NCBI RefSeq assembly: GCF_963921235.1 | Contig: NC_086097.1 | Coordinates: forward strand, 232,316,001-232,380,000 | Length of the DNA stretch: 64,000 bases | Direction of reading: 5' to 3' | DNA from: Mobula hypostoma | Taxonomy: Eukaryota | Part shown: positions 38,341 through 50,504 of the stretch, piece after piece | Layout: each line of letters starts with the position of its first letter | Numbering within the stretch: the stretch's first letter is position 1 | Notes under the pieces: generated by a model | What the model was told of the DNA's origin: nothing | Databases searched by the model: none | What the model saw: the letters and a program-made list of their open reading frames with translations, nothing else | Position numbers and translations under genes: made by a program

Positions 38341-39104
38341 GAGTTCGAACCAGTGCTTTTGGTATTTCAGTACATGGACTAGAACATATTTAATTTGTGT
38401 TTTGGTAAATTATTAAAGTAACCTCCTTTTTCATATTCAAATGGAAACTGACCATTTACTAACACACTGACATTTTTGTGTCATTTGAGTGTAGTTCCTG
38501 TGTTGATTTTATTCACAGGATGGTTATGAGCCAAACATGGGCAGATGGGACTAGCTCACTAGACAACATGGTCAGCATGGATGAGTTGGTCTGAAGGGCT
38601 TATCTCCATTATGTATAATTCTAGGAGTGATCAAAATTTGACAGCCAACAAAGGATTGTGGCTGGTGCCCTGAAGCTTAGTTTTGAATGCTGTAAAGGAG
38701 GGAAAAAACTGGATGAAATTCCATAGTTTTGGATATAGCCATCTGCAAGTGCAATTGCCAGTAGGCTCCCCAGGAAATAAGAATTGGAGGCTTGTAGTGC
38801 TTGAGAAAGTCACAAACATGGGAGTATTGAGGCTGAAGAAGAACGAGGGTCTTGAAAACGAGAATGAGAATTTTTAAAAAATATATGTCGAAACTGTTGA
38901 GCAGGAAAGAGTTGGGAACTAAACCCAATTTATTCTGGGGGCAGGAGGCCATATTGTCACCAGGTTTGCTTAAGAAAAAAACTGTGATAATATTCACAGA
39001 AGTGAAGCATTGTAAATGACGAGTAAACTAAAATAATTTATCATCAGGGAAAGTCAGATAACCCGCATAAGATATTGTATATAGTCATATAAGATAATCC
39101 TGTA

Positions 39105-39900
39105 AAACCAAGGAATTGACTGTGCACTCCAGGGTGGGGTAGTCAAGGGAACAGACAGCAGTCCTCTCCGAGGGATCAGCAGTAGAAAGGGCGAGCAGTT
39201 CCCATCTCCAGAGTGTCAACATCTCTGAAAATCTGTCCTGGCCCAACATATTGATACAATTGCAAAGAAGGCATGGCAACAGGTATATTTTATTGCATGG
39301 CACCAAAGACTCTAGCAAATTTCTACGTATAAACTGTGGAGAGCATTCTTAAAAATTGCTGGTGAACGCAGCAGGCCAGGCAGCATCTATAGGAAGAGGT
39401 ACAGTCCACGCCTCGGCCCGAAACGTCGACTGTACCTCTTCCTATAGATGTTGCCTGGCCTGCTGCGTTCACCAGCAATTCTTATGTGTGTTGGAATTCC
39501 AGCATCTGCAGATTTCCTCGTGGAGAGCATTCTAACTGGTTGCATCAGCGTAGGGCATGGAGGGGCTACAGCACACAATTCTTGTACATATTTATTACAC
39601 ATATTTTTACTTGTGTAGGTGAAGGATGTAAGTAATAAAATTTGATTGGCAAGAGCTGCAGAGGATTGCAAACTCAGTCAGTTCCATCATGGGCTCTAGC
39701 CTCCCTAGCATTAAGACCATTTTCAAAAGAAGGTGGCATTGAGAACCCCCATCACCCGGATGTTCTCTGTTCTCTTTACCGTCAGGGAGGAGGTACAGGA
39801 GCCAGAAGACATTGAACATTTTAGGGACAGCTTCTTCCCCTCCACCATCAGATTTCAACATATTTCATGACATATGCCATTGATATTAAACCTGATCCTG
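39105..39900 (+). mobile_element. Degenerate Rex1/Babar fragment hosting a PLE hairpin
   Basis: aaaccaaggaattgactgtg..gtcaacatctctgaa..gtggagagcattctaactggttgcatc..gatattaaacctgatcctg. Confidence 0.7.
39350..39519. mobile_element. 170-bp PLE-derived fold-back insertion
   Basis: ~57-bp near-perfect inverted arms around the loop CCTCGGCCCGAAA. Perfect 14-bp TSD GTGGAGAGCATTCT at 39336-39349 and 39520-39533. Confidence 0.9.
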
Positions 39901-40369
39901 AAATAAGGAAATTGTGCTAATTGATGTGAATGAATATTGTTACAACTGCTGCATATCTTACTTTAAAATTGACTAATTCATATCAAGCCTTATTATGATT
40001 AGTGTTAACTCAGTCACCCATTAGGGAAATTTGTGCAAATTTCAATGATCTTTCCTGTTGCATGGATGACTATCACCTCATTATACAAGTAAACCTGTTT
40101 TAAAATATTGTTTACAATGTATCTTATCCCTGGTTGAAAATAAATAGCCTTGGAAATGTAGGTAAACTTCTTGCGAACAAAGCAGTGCCTGTCCCTTTTT
40201 GCAAAAGAAGCTTGTGATTTGTAAATACTGAATAAGACTATTCATGATGATCTGATTTGTATCCCATTTACAATGTACTTTGTTTTGGGGCATCTGTGCA
40301 TCATTATGTTTCAGGAAAATGTTTGAGATTCATGTTAAACATGTATTTCTAAGTTACATTATAAAAACT

Positions 40370-40680
40370 TAAAGATTAGCTTTACTTGTCTCATCTGCAT
40401 TGAGACATACAGTTCAATGTGGCATTTGTATCAAATCAGCTAGGATTGTGCTGAGCAGCTCGCAAATGTTATCATGCTTTCAGTGCCACCGTAGCGTGCC
40501 CACAATTTACTAACCCTAACTGGCATGCCTTTGGAATGTGGGAGGAAACTGGAGCACCCGGAGGAAAGCCTCATGGTTACAGGGAGAATGTGTAAACTCC
40601 CTGCAGGCAGTGGTGGGAATCAAAACCCTATCTCACAGCAGACGCTGTGCTGACTAACTAACTGCTCTGCTACCGTGTAG
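40370..40680 (-). mobile_element. V-SINE/HE1-like SINE
   Basis: ggaatgtgggaggaaactggagcacccggaggaaa..cagggagaatgtgtaaactcc is the reverse complement of the V domain. Confidence 0.7.
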
Positions 40681-41235
40681 AAGGCGAACTGACCTGTGTA
40701 GGTCAGCATTGAGCAACTAGTTTCAGATAATCATACGACAGGGTGGCCTTGATCTGTGAGAAAGTGAATGTACCGTATAGCTGAATCCATTATATTTAAG
40801 ATTGACATGGATATAAACAGGTCAAGTTTTTGTTGAAATTTATGCAGCTGCAAGAGCACTCTTAACAGTTTAAATATCTGTAGGCTAAAAGAAAGGAAAA
40901 CAGACGACATGATTCTTTTATTAATTTAGAGTAAGCCCCAGCAAAATTGCAGGTGCAACCATTTGAGGAACAGTGTTAGGCAACAGTTTTAATGTAACTT
41001 CTACTGTCATTTTACATTGTACTACATTTAAATCTTTAAATCTTTAAATCTAATTTATGGTTTAATCTTTGGGAGCAATTTGGGTTGGGGCTACTAGCAG
41101 AATGAACAGAATAAATTGGATTACTATTATTAAGTTAGACTAATGGAAAAAAAAGTAATAAATTTGCAATATATAGAATTACAACCACCCTGTATTATGT
41201 ACAAGCAGATGTAACAATGTGGCGTATAATTAATA

Positions 41236-41360
41236 GAGAACACAAGCGATTCTGCAGATGCTGGAAATCCAAAGCAACATACACAAAATACTGGAGGAAC
41301 TCAGCAGGTCAGGGAGCATCCATGCAAGTGAACAGACAGTCGACCCTTCTTCAGGACTTC
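41236..41360 (-). mobile_element. Short PLE-derived module, hammerhead centre deleted
   Basis: Minus strand AGTC-CTGAAGA-AGGGTC|GACTG (helix II to GAAAC lost between two GTC words). TSD ATAATTAATA at 41226-41235 and 41361-41370. Confidence 0.75.
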
Positions 41361-42354
41361 ATAATTAATATGCTGGCAACATGAGCAAGTTAGTGTTTGG
41401 TTGTTCTCTGATGAATACTTCTGCCCTGACCATAAAACCAACCTACCCTGTATTCCATCATAGTAGATTCTGGTTAAGAACACCAAAGCATGGCACCATT
41501 AAATGCTTGATAGAGCAGCTTTTTTGTCCTTGGCATTCATCCTATCTGCCACATATAGAATACGCCACAGTTAGTTGCCTACTTGATCAGTTCCTCTCAA
41601 ATCTTTGACATTTACTGCAAAGAATGGTGCAGCCATATTACAGGTGTCCCCTGCTTTTCGAACGTTCGCTTTACAAAACCTCACTGTTACAAAAGACCTA
41701 CATTAGTACCCTGTTTTCGCTTTCAGAAGGTGTTTTCACAGTTACGAAAAAAAAGCAGGCGCGATAAAAAAATCAAAGCGCGAAAAAATCAGCGCGCGAT
41801 AAAAGGCAGCACGCTGCGTGCCCCGAGCAGCCGTTCTCCTCGGATTCTTGCCGGCATTGCTTAAACACGTGCCTGTGAGCAGCCATTTGCAAGATGTGTT
41901 CTAAGGTATCGGAAAAGGCTGAAAGAGCTCGTAAGGGTGTTATACTTAGTGTAAAACTAGACATAATTAAGCGTTTTGATCATGGTGAACGAAGTAAGGA
42001 CAATGTGAGTTTGGCTTGTGGAAGCTGATGAACATGATGTTGAAGAGGTTTTGGCATCCCATGACCGAGACCTGACAGATGAAGAGCTGATGCAATTGGA
42101 AGAAAAAAGGATAACAATCAAAACCGAAGTGCGACTTTAATTTTGAAAGGGTACGTTGGTTTAGGAGATATTTGCAGGATGGTTTGAGTCCTTACAAACA
42201 ACTGTATGATAGAAAAATGCGCGAGGCTCAGCAGTCAAGTAAGCCTTCCACATCAGCCACAGCAGACGACGAACCTCGACCTTCAACATCGAGGTGGGCA
42301 GTCATGGGAGAAGATGAGCTGCCTGCTCTAATGGAAACAGACGATGAGATGACA

Positions 42355-42454
42355 AGCAACACACATAAAAGTTGCTGGTGAACGCAGCAGGCCAGGCAGC
42401 ATCTCTAGGAAGAGGTGCAGTCGACGTTTCAGACCGAGACCCTTCGTCAGGACA
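42355..42454 (-). mobile_element. 100-bp PLE-derived module inserted in Tigger copy 1
   Basis: TSD AGATGACA at 42347-42354 and 42455-42462. The empty site is visible in Tigger copy 2 (~49480-49495). Confidence 0.9.
42420..42453 (-). ncRNA. Minimal hammerhead ribozyme, intact core
   Basis: GTC-CTGACGA-AGG(GTCTCGG)TCT-GAAAC-GTC-GAC: all core nucleotides, GUC cleavage triplet, palindromic ACGU helix III, helix I GTC/GAC. Confidence 0.75.
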
Positions 42455-44039
42455 AGATGACACCTCAGTGTCCCACCACCCCAACACCCAGGCAGCGGAC
42501 AGATACTGTACCGATTCGCGGAGAATGCAGCAGTAGCCAGGAGGCACACAGCACATCTTTAAGAAAAAAGCCGAAATAAACATGCTAATTAATTAGGTGC
42601 CGCTGACACATAATTGTTGGCCCAGATCAGAGGCGACACAATCGGAAATCGGCACTGATCCTGGCTGTCAACTATGTGTCAGGCAGCACCTAATTAATTA
42701 GCATGTTTGTTTCGGCTTTTTTCTTAAAAGATGTGCCGTGTGCCTCCCGGCTACTGCTGCATTCCTGCATGCTTCGTGGCAATGTATCGCTTGGCGGTCT
42801 GGAGGGTGGGGGCCACTGCACCATCCCAACCTGCGACGACTCAGTCTAACACACCATCATCAGTGTGCTCGGTGCTGTCTTCCCAATTCCGGTAAGTGAT
42901 ACCACACTGTACATACGTTATTTCTACTTTATATAGGCTGTGTATTTTTACGTGTTATTTGGTATGATTTGGCAGCTTCATAGCTTAAAGGTTACTGGAG
43001 AGAGTGTTTTTGCCAACAGCACTTGCGTGAGATTTTCTGCTGACGGCGCTTGCGTGAGATTTTCGCTACGGAGAACAGTTCAGTAATGATTGTGGATAAG
43101 TATTTCTACTTTATATAGGCTGTGTATTCATCATATCATTCCTACTTTTACTATATGTTACTGTTATTTTAGGTTTTATGTGTTATTTGACATGATTTGG
43201 TAGGTTATTTTTGGGTCTGCGAACACTCACAAAATTTTCCCATATAAATAAATGGTAATTGCTTCTTCGCTTTATGACATTTCGGCTTACGAACCGTTTC
43301 ATAGGAATGCTCTACCTTCGGATGGCGGGGGAAACCTGTACTTGCATGTTCCTCTACAAGTTGCATGCAGTGCTAGCCTGGTATTCATGTTCAGTTTTGA
43401 GCATTTTGGCATGAATATGAAGCACACATTTTCAGATATCTCTGCCACCCCTCTCCCTTCTCCCAGGCACTTTTCCATCTTACTAAACTCAGAAGATTTC
43501 TCTTTATCTTGGTCATAGCTTTTCTCATGTCTTTCTCACTGCTGTCTGCAACACCTTTTATATGAAGTTTACCTCCAGCAATGCTCCTGCTAGATGATTG
43601 CCTGTCTGCCTCCACCCCACCACCATTCATGGTAATTGATATCGCTAAGTTTTCCCTCTCCCTGGGTACAATCCATTTCTCTTTCAAATCTGCCATTGTC
43701 ACCCTTTTAGGAAAGTAATTCATTAAGTTTCCATCTTGGAAACTATCCTCACTAACAGCCATCATTCTCTACACCTTCTCCCAACACATTCTTATTCCTA
43801 TTCTGTCCTTTATCATCACCATCCAAAAACTCAGTTTAAATTTTCACATATACGCTGATTGCACCAGCTCTTCCTCATTGCGTCCTTTGGTTTGCCATTC
43901 ATCCTGACGTCCAATAATAGATCAATTGAAGCTTCCTCCAACCAGGAAGGCTGAGGTTATTGTTGTGAGTTTCCTGCTCCTTTCCAACACCCCTTCAAAA
44001 GTAAAACGCAAAACCAAGCCACCAATTCCTGTGTTCTCA

Positions 44040-45170
44040 AAGTACAAAGTAAATTTATTATCAGAGTATGTATAGATCACCATATACAACCCCGAGATTC
44101 GTTTTCTTGCGGGCAGACTGTAAATCCAGGAAGCACAATAGAATCAATGAAAGACCACACTAGCAGTATGGACAAACGACCAATGTGCAAAGGAAAACAA
44201 ACGGTACAAATTCAAGAGATTTTAAAAAAAGAAATACTATGTGAGCTATAATAAATGAGCAATAAATATCAAAGACATGAGATGATGCGTCATTGAAAGT
44301 GAGTCCATAGGTTGTGGGAATAGTTCATTGATGGGGTGAGTGAAGTTACCCCTCTGGTTCAAGAGCGCAATGTCTGAGGGGCAATAACTGTTCCTGAACC
44401 TGGTGTTGTGCGAACTGAGGCTCCTGTACCACCTTCTTAAAGGCAGCAGTGAGAAGAGAGCACAACTTCGGTAGTGGGGTTGAATGTTGCTTTCCTACGA
44501 CAGCGCTCCATGTAGGTGTGCTCAATGGTAGGGAGGGCGTTACCAAGGTTGTGTCCACTACTTTTGGTAGGATTTTCCGTTCAAGGGCATTGGTGTTTCC
44601 ATACCAGGCTGTGATGCAACCAGTCAATAAACTCTCCACCACTCATCTATAGGAGCTTGTCAAAGATTTTGATGTCATACCAAAGCTTCACAAATTCCCA
44701 AGGAAGTAAAGCTGCTGCTGTGCTTTCTTCATGATTGCACTTATATGCTGGGCCCAGGACAGAGCCCCTGAAATGATAACACTGAAGAATTTAAAGTTGC
44801 TGACCCTTATGATTCCCCTGATGAGACTTTGTCATGAACCTCTATTTTCCTCCTGAATCAGCTCCTTGGTCTTGCTGTCATTGAGTAAGAGGTTGTTGTA
44901 GTAGCACTCAGCCAGATTTTCAATCTCCCTCCTATATGATGATTTGCAACCACCTTTGGTTTGACTAATAACAGTGTTATCATCAGCAAACTTAAGTATG
45001 GCATTAGAACTGTGCTTAGCCTTTCCGTCATAAGTATAAAGTGAGTAGAGCAGGAGGATAAGCACACATTCTTGTGATGCACCTGTGCTGATGGAGATCG
45101 TGGAGGAGGTGTTGTTGCCAATCTGAACTGAGTGGGGTTTTGTGATTGTACAGGTCAATCTGGTTATAGG
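44040..45170 (-). mobile_element. Rex1/Babar 3' fragment
   Basis: STGASQECVL..LLYSLYTYD..KFADDNTVI..YRREIE and VESLLTGCITAWYGN on the minus strand; 3' tail at ~44040-44065. Confidence 0.85.
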
Positions 45171-46305
45171 AGCTGTACAGTACTTGATCTGGAGGTGGGA
45201 TTTGATCTTCAGATCTGTACTGTTAAGACAGCCTGTTTCCACCTTTTTGTATCACTCGCTATGTCTCAGCCCATTTACTGTTAGGGAAACCTTGCACATC
45301 TATTACTTCCTGAAGTTGACAAGCCAACACTGTTCTGTCCAGCCTCTCTTGTTCTACGTGCTTAAAGTCATCAAATTCTGCTATCTGTGATTGTACTGGC
45401 ACCAAAATCAAAACAGAAATTGCTCAGCAAGTCAGGTCATATCTATGAGAAAAGAATTCCCTTGTCAGAATAAGTCTGACTTGAAACATTAACAATGATT
45501 CTCTTCACACAGGCACAGCCTAACTGACCCTGTGAGTGGTTTCATCATCTTCTGTTTTTATTTTGGATGTTGAACGTCTGCAAGTTTTTTTGATTTTGAC
45601 CTATTCTTCTTTAACCTAGTCAACTTTTGTGACCAAGTTTTGACATGCATCTCTCTTTGTAAATGTATCAACACTTAACACCATTTTAATATACCTCTGT
45701 ATGTTCTGCTCGTGTTAAAATATTTAATGAATTTTGTCACAGAGAAACAATTTGCATAGAATTAAATATAAATCGCAGTGCAGATGCATATTTTGGTTTT
45801 AATGTGGTTTTAATATTTGTGCGGATGCATATTCCATATGTCTGGAATTCATGTCTGCTTTGTTTCCATGTTTTTGTCCCTCTCCTTTTAGCCACCTATC
45901 TACTCTCCATGTGGCAATAAATTCCAGAGCTCCACTGACTCAGTTCATTATTTACATGGAATATATTCTGTATTCTAACCTACATGTCAAATTGTAATAT
46001 TCCCTGTGCTGGAAGTATCAATTACTGGAGACAGACAGCCAATATCTATCCTCTCCCATTTCATAATTTTAAAATCCTCTAAAAATTTCTCCTCATCAGC
46101 CCCTTTAAGATTGATTCCTTACAGTTGTAATCAAGCTTGTCATGATCTTTGGTAGCTTGACATAGAGCGTAATCAAGGACGATTGTAAAGATGTAGGGTG
46201 CCAGAGTGTCTCCTTCCAGCACACCAGCTAGGAGCTCGAACACTGCTGTTTTTCCGTCTGGTGATACAACTTCGCCATGGTTTTGCTATTGCTCTCAGTA
46301 GACGG

Positions 46306-47124
46306 TGTGACGAAAAACCAAGTTATCAGAAGATTGATGCTAATGAGAGAGATAAGTGAGACAATGGAGCAGCATTCTGACATGTTAATGAGAGACAAGA
46401 GAGATTAACGAAAAGAGACATAGTTCCGAATATTGTCAGACCGGTTGCTTTGAACCTGAACTGTTTGAAGTTTGATGGACAGGCAGGGGGATAAAAGGAA
46501 CAGGTTCACTAAGACAAGACAGACACCACGAGATCATGAGATAACAAGACCCTGGAAGTGTGGTGTGCCCCCACAAGTTGGTGAGAGTTTTGGAGGTCTG
46601 GTCGCGGGACTGACCATAGACGCACAGGGTGAAAAGGTACGATCAGCGGGAACCTGGTGTGTGTGTCCGCCCTTGCCTGGGTGCCGGGTTCGCCGCGGAA
46701 GAACGATTGTATCCGGAACGGAGTGGTCACAGTCGGTGACCTCAGAGGACAGTAAAAGGGCTTGCCCGAAAGCTAACTGTGAGGAGCATCAAAGGTCTGT
46801 GAATCGAAATTTGCATATTCGCTCTCTCTCTCTCCAACGGCACAACAGCGATTGCTGCGAACTGTACTCAGCTGAACTGAACTCTGCGTCACTTGAGACT
46901 GATCATTTTACCCCTAGACTGCGATAGAGCTTGATTGATTCCTATTATCCTAGTTCTGTGTACATGCGTGTTTTATCATTGCTAACCTGTTGCATTTATA
47001 ACCTTACGATTAGAGTACTGTGTTGCTTATTTCCTTAATAAAACTTCCTTAGTTCCAGTAATCCAGACTCCAACGAGTGGTCCATTTCTGCTGGTTTGGC
47101 AACTGAGTTACGGGGTATGTAACA
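46306..47124 (+). mobile_element. Solo LTR (Gypsy-like) inserted in the RTE
   Basis: TGTGAC...GTAACA termini. TSD ACGG at 46302-46305 and 47125-47128. GATAAAA at ~46490 and AATAAA at ~47037. The RTE frame (VPDR|LLRAIA) rejoins once the LTR is removed. Confidence 0.9.
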
Positions 47125-48683
47125 ACGGTCTGGCACTCCGTAAACTTTCAGGATCTTCAGCATTTTACCTTGGTGAATGGAGTCAAAAGCTTTGTGAAAA
47201 TCGATGAAAGTAAGCACGGCTGGTAGGTTGTTCTTGACTTCGTCGATGATTCTACGGAGAACAAGTATTTGCATTACTGTTGTGCGCTTCTCCCAAAAAC
47301 CTTTCTGATTGAATCTTAGCTAAAGGTCAGTGGCGGTGCAAATTCTGTTCAACATCATCTGATTGTGTAGCTTTGCTAGGATGCAGGTCAAGCTGATACC
47401 GCGATAGTTATCTGTCTTCGTGAGGGATCCAGACTTGGGGACTTTTTGAGAGTGACCACTGTTCTGGTTTGTCGCCTTTCATCAGTGCCATATTACATAT
47501 GTCCAGCAAGCTGTCGTCCAGTTCGCAGTCCTTCATGATATCTGGTGGTATCCCATCTGGTCCAGTGCTCCTGCCCTGTTTGAGTGCATATTTGGCCGCC
47601 TTCAGTTCCTCAATGGTGAATGGGCCGTCATCGATGTTGACTTGCGTTAGTATCGTGGGTATGTCCTCTTCTTCCGTGATCGTTGGAGGGCTTCCCAGCA
47701 GGTTCTTAAAGTGGGTAAACCATGTCTGGACATGGTCCTTTGCTGTTTTACCACTTATTTGACCTGATGGGGACTTCTTCCGTCTGCTGATCTCGTTGAC
47801 TAGGCGCCATGCTTCTCCATGCTGCATGTCTTCATTAACAGCCTATACCTCTCTAATCCTCTCAGCTAGTTCCTCTTCCTTCAGTCGGTTGTAAGTGGCA
47901 AAGAGATTCTTCTTTGCTGTCTTGAACTTGTCTCTTAGCTCTTCTGTTTCACTCCTTCTAAGTTCAGCTTGACAAGCATTGACCACACTTCTTGCTGCGA
48001 CGACGTCAGGATGTTTCGAGATCCAGCTCTTCTTGATTAGCTTCACGGTAGGCAAACACTTTGTTGCATCTGTGTGTGCGTCTATGAGCCGTTGATAGCA
48101 GTCGGTGGCAGTCTGTTCCTCCTCCCTTTCCAGTGGGCTGAAGCAATTTCTCACCCCCATTGTGTACTGGGCTTGAAGAATAGGTTGTGAGGAGAATGCC
48201 TTCCAGTCCACCTTCTCCTTGGGACCTGTGGCTTTGGGTTGCCGCAGGCTCAGTCTCACTTGCATTGACACTACTCTGTGGTCAGAACTGACTGAGTTGA
48301 AGGTGCTGTAGGCTTCTGTGTTGATCACACAATTACGCCATTTTGTTCTTACAAGGATGTAGTCGAGCTGTTTCCTGTAGATGGAGGCTCTGTTTTTGTA
48401 TGTCCACGGTTTACCAGCTCTCTTCTTGAATTGTGTGTTGGCAGCAGTGAGCTACCAAAGATCATGACAAGCTTGGTTTTACCATAAAACCAGGACAAAC
48501 TAAAAGGGTCAGACCAGTTACGCTCACAGACCTCGATTTTTGTAGCTGACATAGTCCTGCTCTCTGACCAGATGGAGGAAGTACAGCAGCTACTGACAAA
48601 AGTGGAAATTGAGGGCAATAAAGTTGGACTTCACCTAAACGCTAAAAAGACAGAGTACATGGCGTTTAACTGCGACGAAGGTA

Positions 48684-50226
48684 CAGGTTTCCCCCGCCAT
48701 CCAAAGGTAGAGCGTTCTTATGAAACGGTTTGTAAGCCAAAATGTCATAAAGTGAAGAAGCAATTACCATTTATTTATATGGGAAAAATTTGTGAGTGTT
48801 CGCAGACCCAAAAATAACCTACCAAATCATGCCAAATAACACATAAAACCTAAAATAACAGTAACATATAGTAAAAGCAGGAATGATGTGACAAATACAC
48901 AGCCTATATGAAGTAGAATTACTTTTCCACAATCATTGCCTGAACTGTTCTCCGTATCGAAAATCTCACGCAAGCGCCGTCGGCAAGAACACGGCGCAAG
49001 TGCTCTCCAGTAACCTTTAAGCTATGAAGCTGCCAAATCTACCAAATAACACGTAAAAATACACAGCCGATATAAAGTAGAAATAATGTATGTACAGTGT
49101 AATATCACTTACCGGAATTGGGAAAGTGCGGAGCACACTGATGGTGGTGTGTTAGACTGAGTCGTCGGAGTTTGGGTGGTCCAGGCGACCGATACCGATC
49201 CGCAAAGCATGCAGGGGTGCAGCGGTAGCCGGGAGGCGCACAGCACATCTTTAAGAAAAAAGCCGAAATAAACATGCTAATTAATTAGGTGCCGCCCGGC
49301 ACGTAATTGTCGGCCCAGATCAGTGCCGATTTCCGCATCGTCTCTGATCTGGGCCGACAATTACGTGTCGGGCGGCACCTAATTAATTAGCATGTTTATT
49401 TCGGCTTTTTTCTTCAAGATGTGCTGTGCGCCTCCCGGCTACCGCTGCATTCTCCGCAAATTGCGGGGAGGTGGGGACACTGGGGTGTCATCTCGTCGTC
49501 TGTTTCCATTAGGGCAGGCAGCTCATCTTCTTCTATGACTGCCTGCCTCGATGTCGAAGGTTGAGGTTCATCGTCTGCTGTGGCTGATGTGGAAGGCTTG
49601 CTTGACTGCTGAGCCTCGCGTATTTTTAGATCATACAGTTCTTTGTAAGGACTCAAACCATCCTGCAAATATCCCCTAAACCTACATACCCTTTCAAAAT
49701 TAAAGTTGTACTTTATCATTGTAGCGAAAATCTCACGCAGTTGCTTCACGTTCAGTTGGCTACTGCATTCGGTTTCAATTGTTATCCTTTCTTCTTCCAA
49801 TTGCATCAGCTCTTCATCTATCAGTTCTTGGTCATGGGATGCCAAAACCTCTTCAACATCATGTTTGTCAGCTTCCACAAGCCAAACTCACTTTGTCCTT
49901 ACTTCGTTCACCACGATCGAAACGCTTTGTTGTGTCTAGTTTTACGCTAAGTGTAACACCGTTACGAGCTTTTAGAACTCATCTTGCAAATGGCTACTCA
50001 CAGGCACGTGTTTAAGCAATGCCGGCGAGAATGCCGTTCCGAATCCGGGGGAGAGCGGCTGCTCGGGGTGCACGCAGCTTTTTATCGCGCACTGATTTTC
50101 CCCGCATGCTGCTTTTTTTTCATAACAGTGAAATCATCTTCTGTTAATGAAAACAGGGTACTAATGTAGGTCTTTCGTAACAGTGAGGTTTTGTAAAGCG
50201 AAAATTCGAAAAGCGGGGATCACCTG
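48684..50226 (-). mobile_element. TcMar-Tigger/pogo non-autonomous element, copy 2
   Basis: TA-flanked TIRs CAGGTTTCCCC / GGGGATCACCTG. Reverse-complement paralog of 41641-43338. ORF 49414..49878 has EADKHDVEEVLASHDQELIDEELMQLEEE. Confidence 0.9.
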
Positions 50227-50504
50227 TACTCAAGACCGTAAAGAATGACACCATTAAGAAAGTTTTTAACTTCAGGTACCTCAGGTCAAGAATGATGAGT
50301 TCGGAGAAGGATATAAAGATACGGAAGGCACTGGCGTGGAGGGCTATGAACAACATGAAGGAAATCTGGAAGGCGAACCTGACCAGAGGGCTTAAAAAGA
50401 GGATCTTCATAGCAGTCATAGAGTCCATTCTCACGTACGGATGCGAGACGTGGTCAGTCACCAAGACAATGCGAAAGTCTCTAGATGGTTGCTATACACG
50501 AATG

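Larger units (their letters stand above)
41641..43338 (+). mobile_element. TcMar-Tigger/pogo non-autonomous element, copy 1
   Basis: TIRs CAGGTGTCCCC / GGGGAAACCTG flanked by TA. Tigger remnants: psq-like RKGVILSVKLDIIKRFD start and EADEHDVEEVLASHD..TDEELMQLE C-terminus. Confidence 0.88.

Noticed and set aside
46472..46927. 151-aa ORF
   Set aside because: Lies wholly within a solo LTR; no gag/pol motifs.
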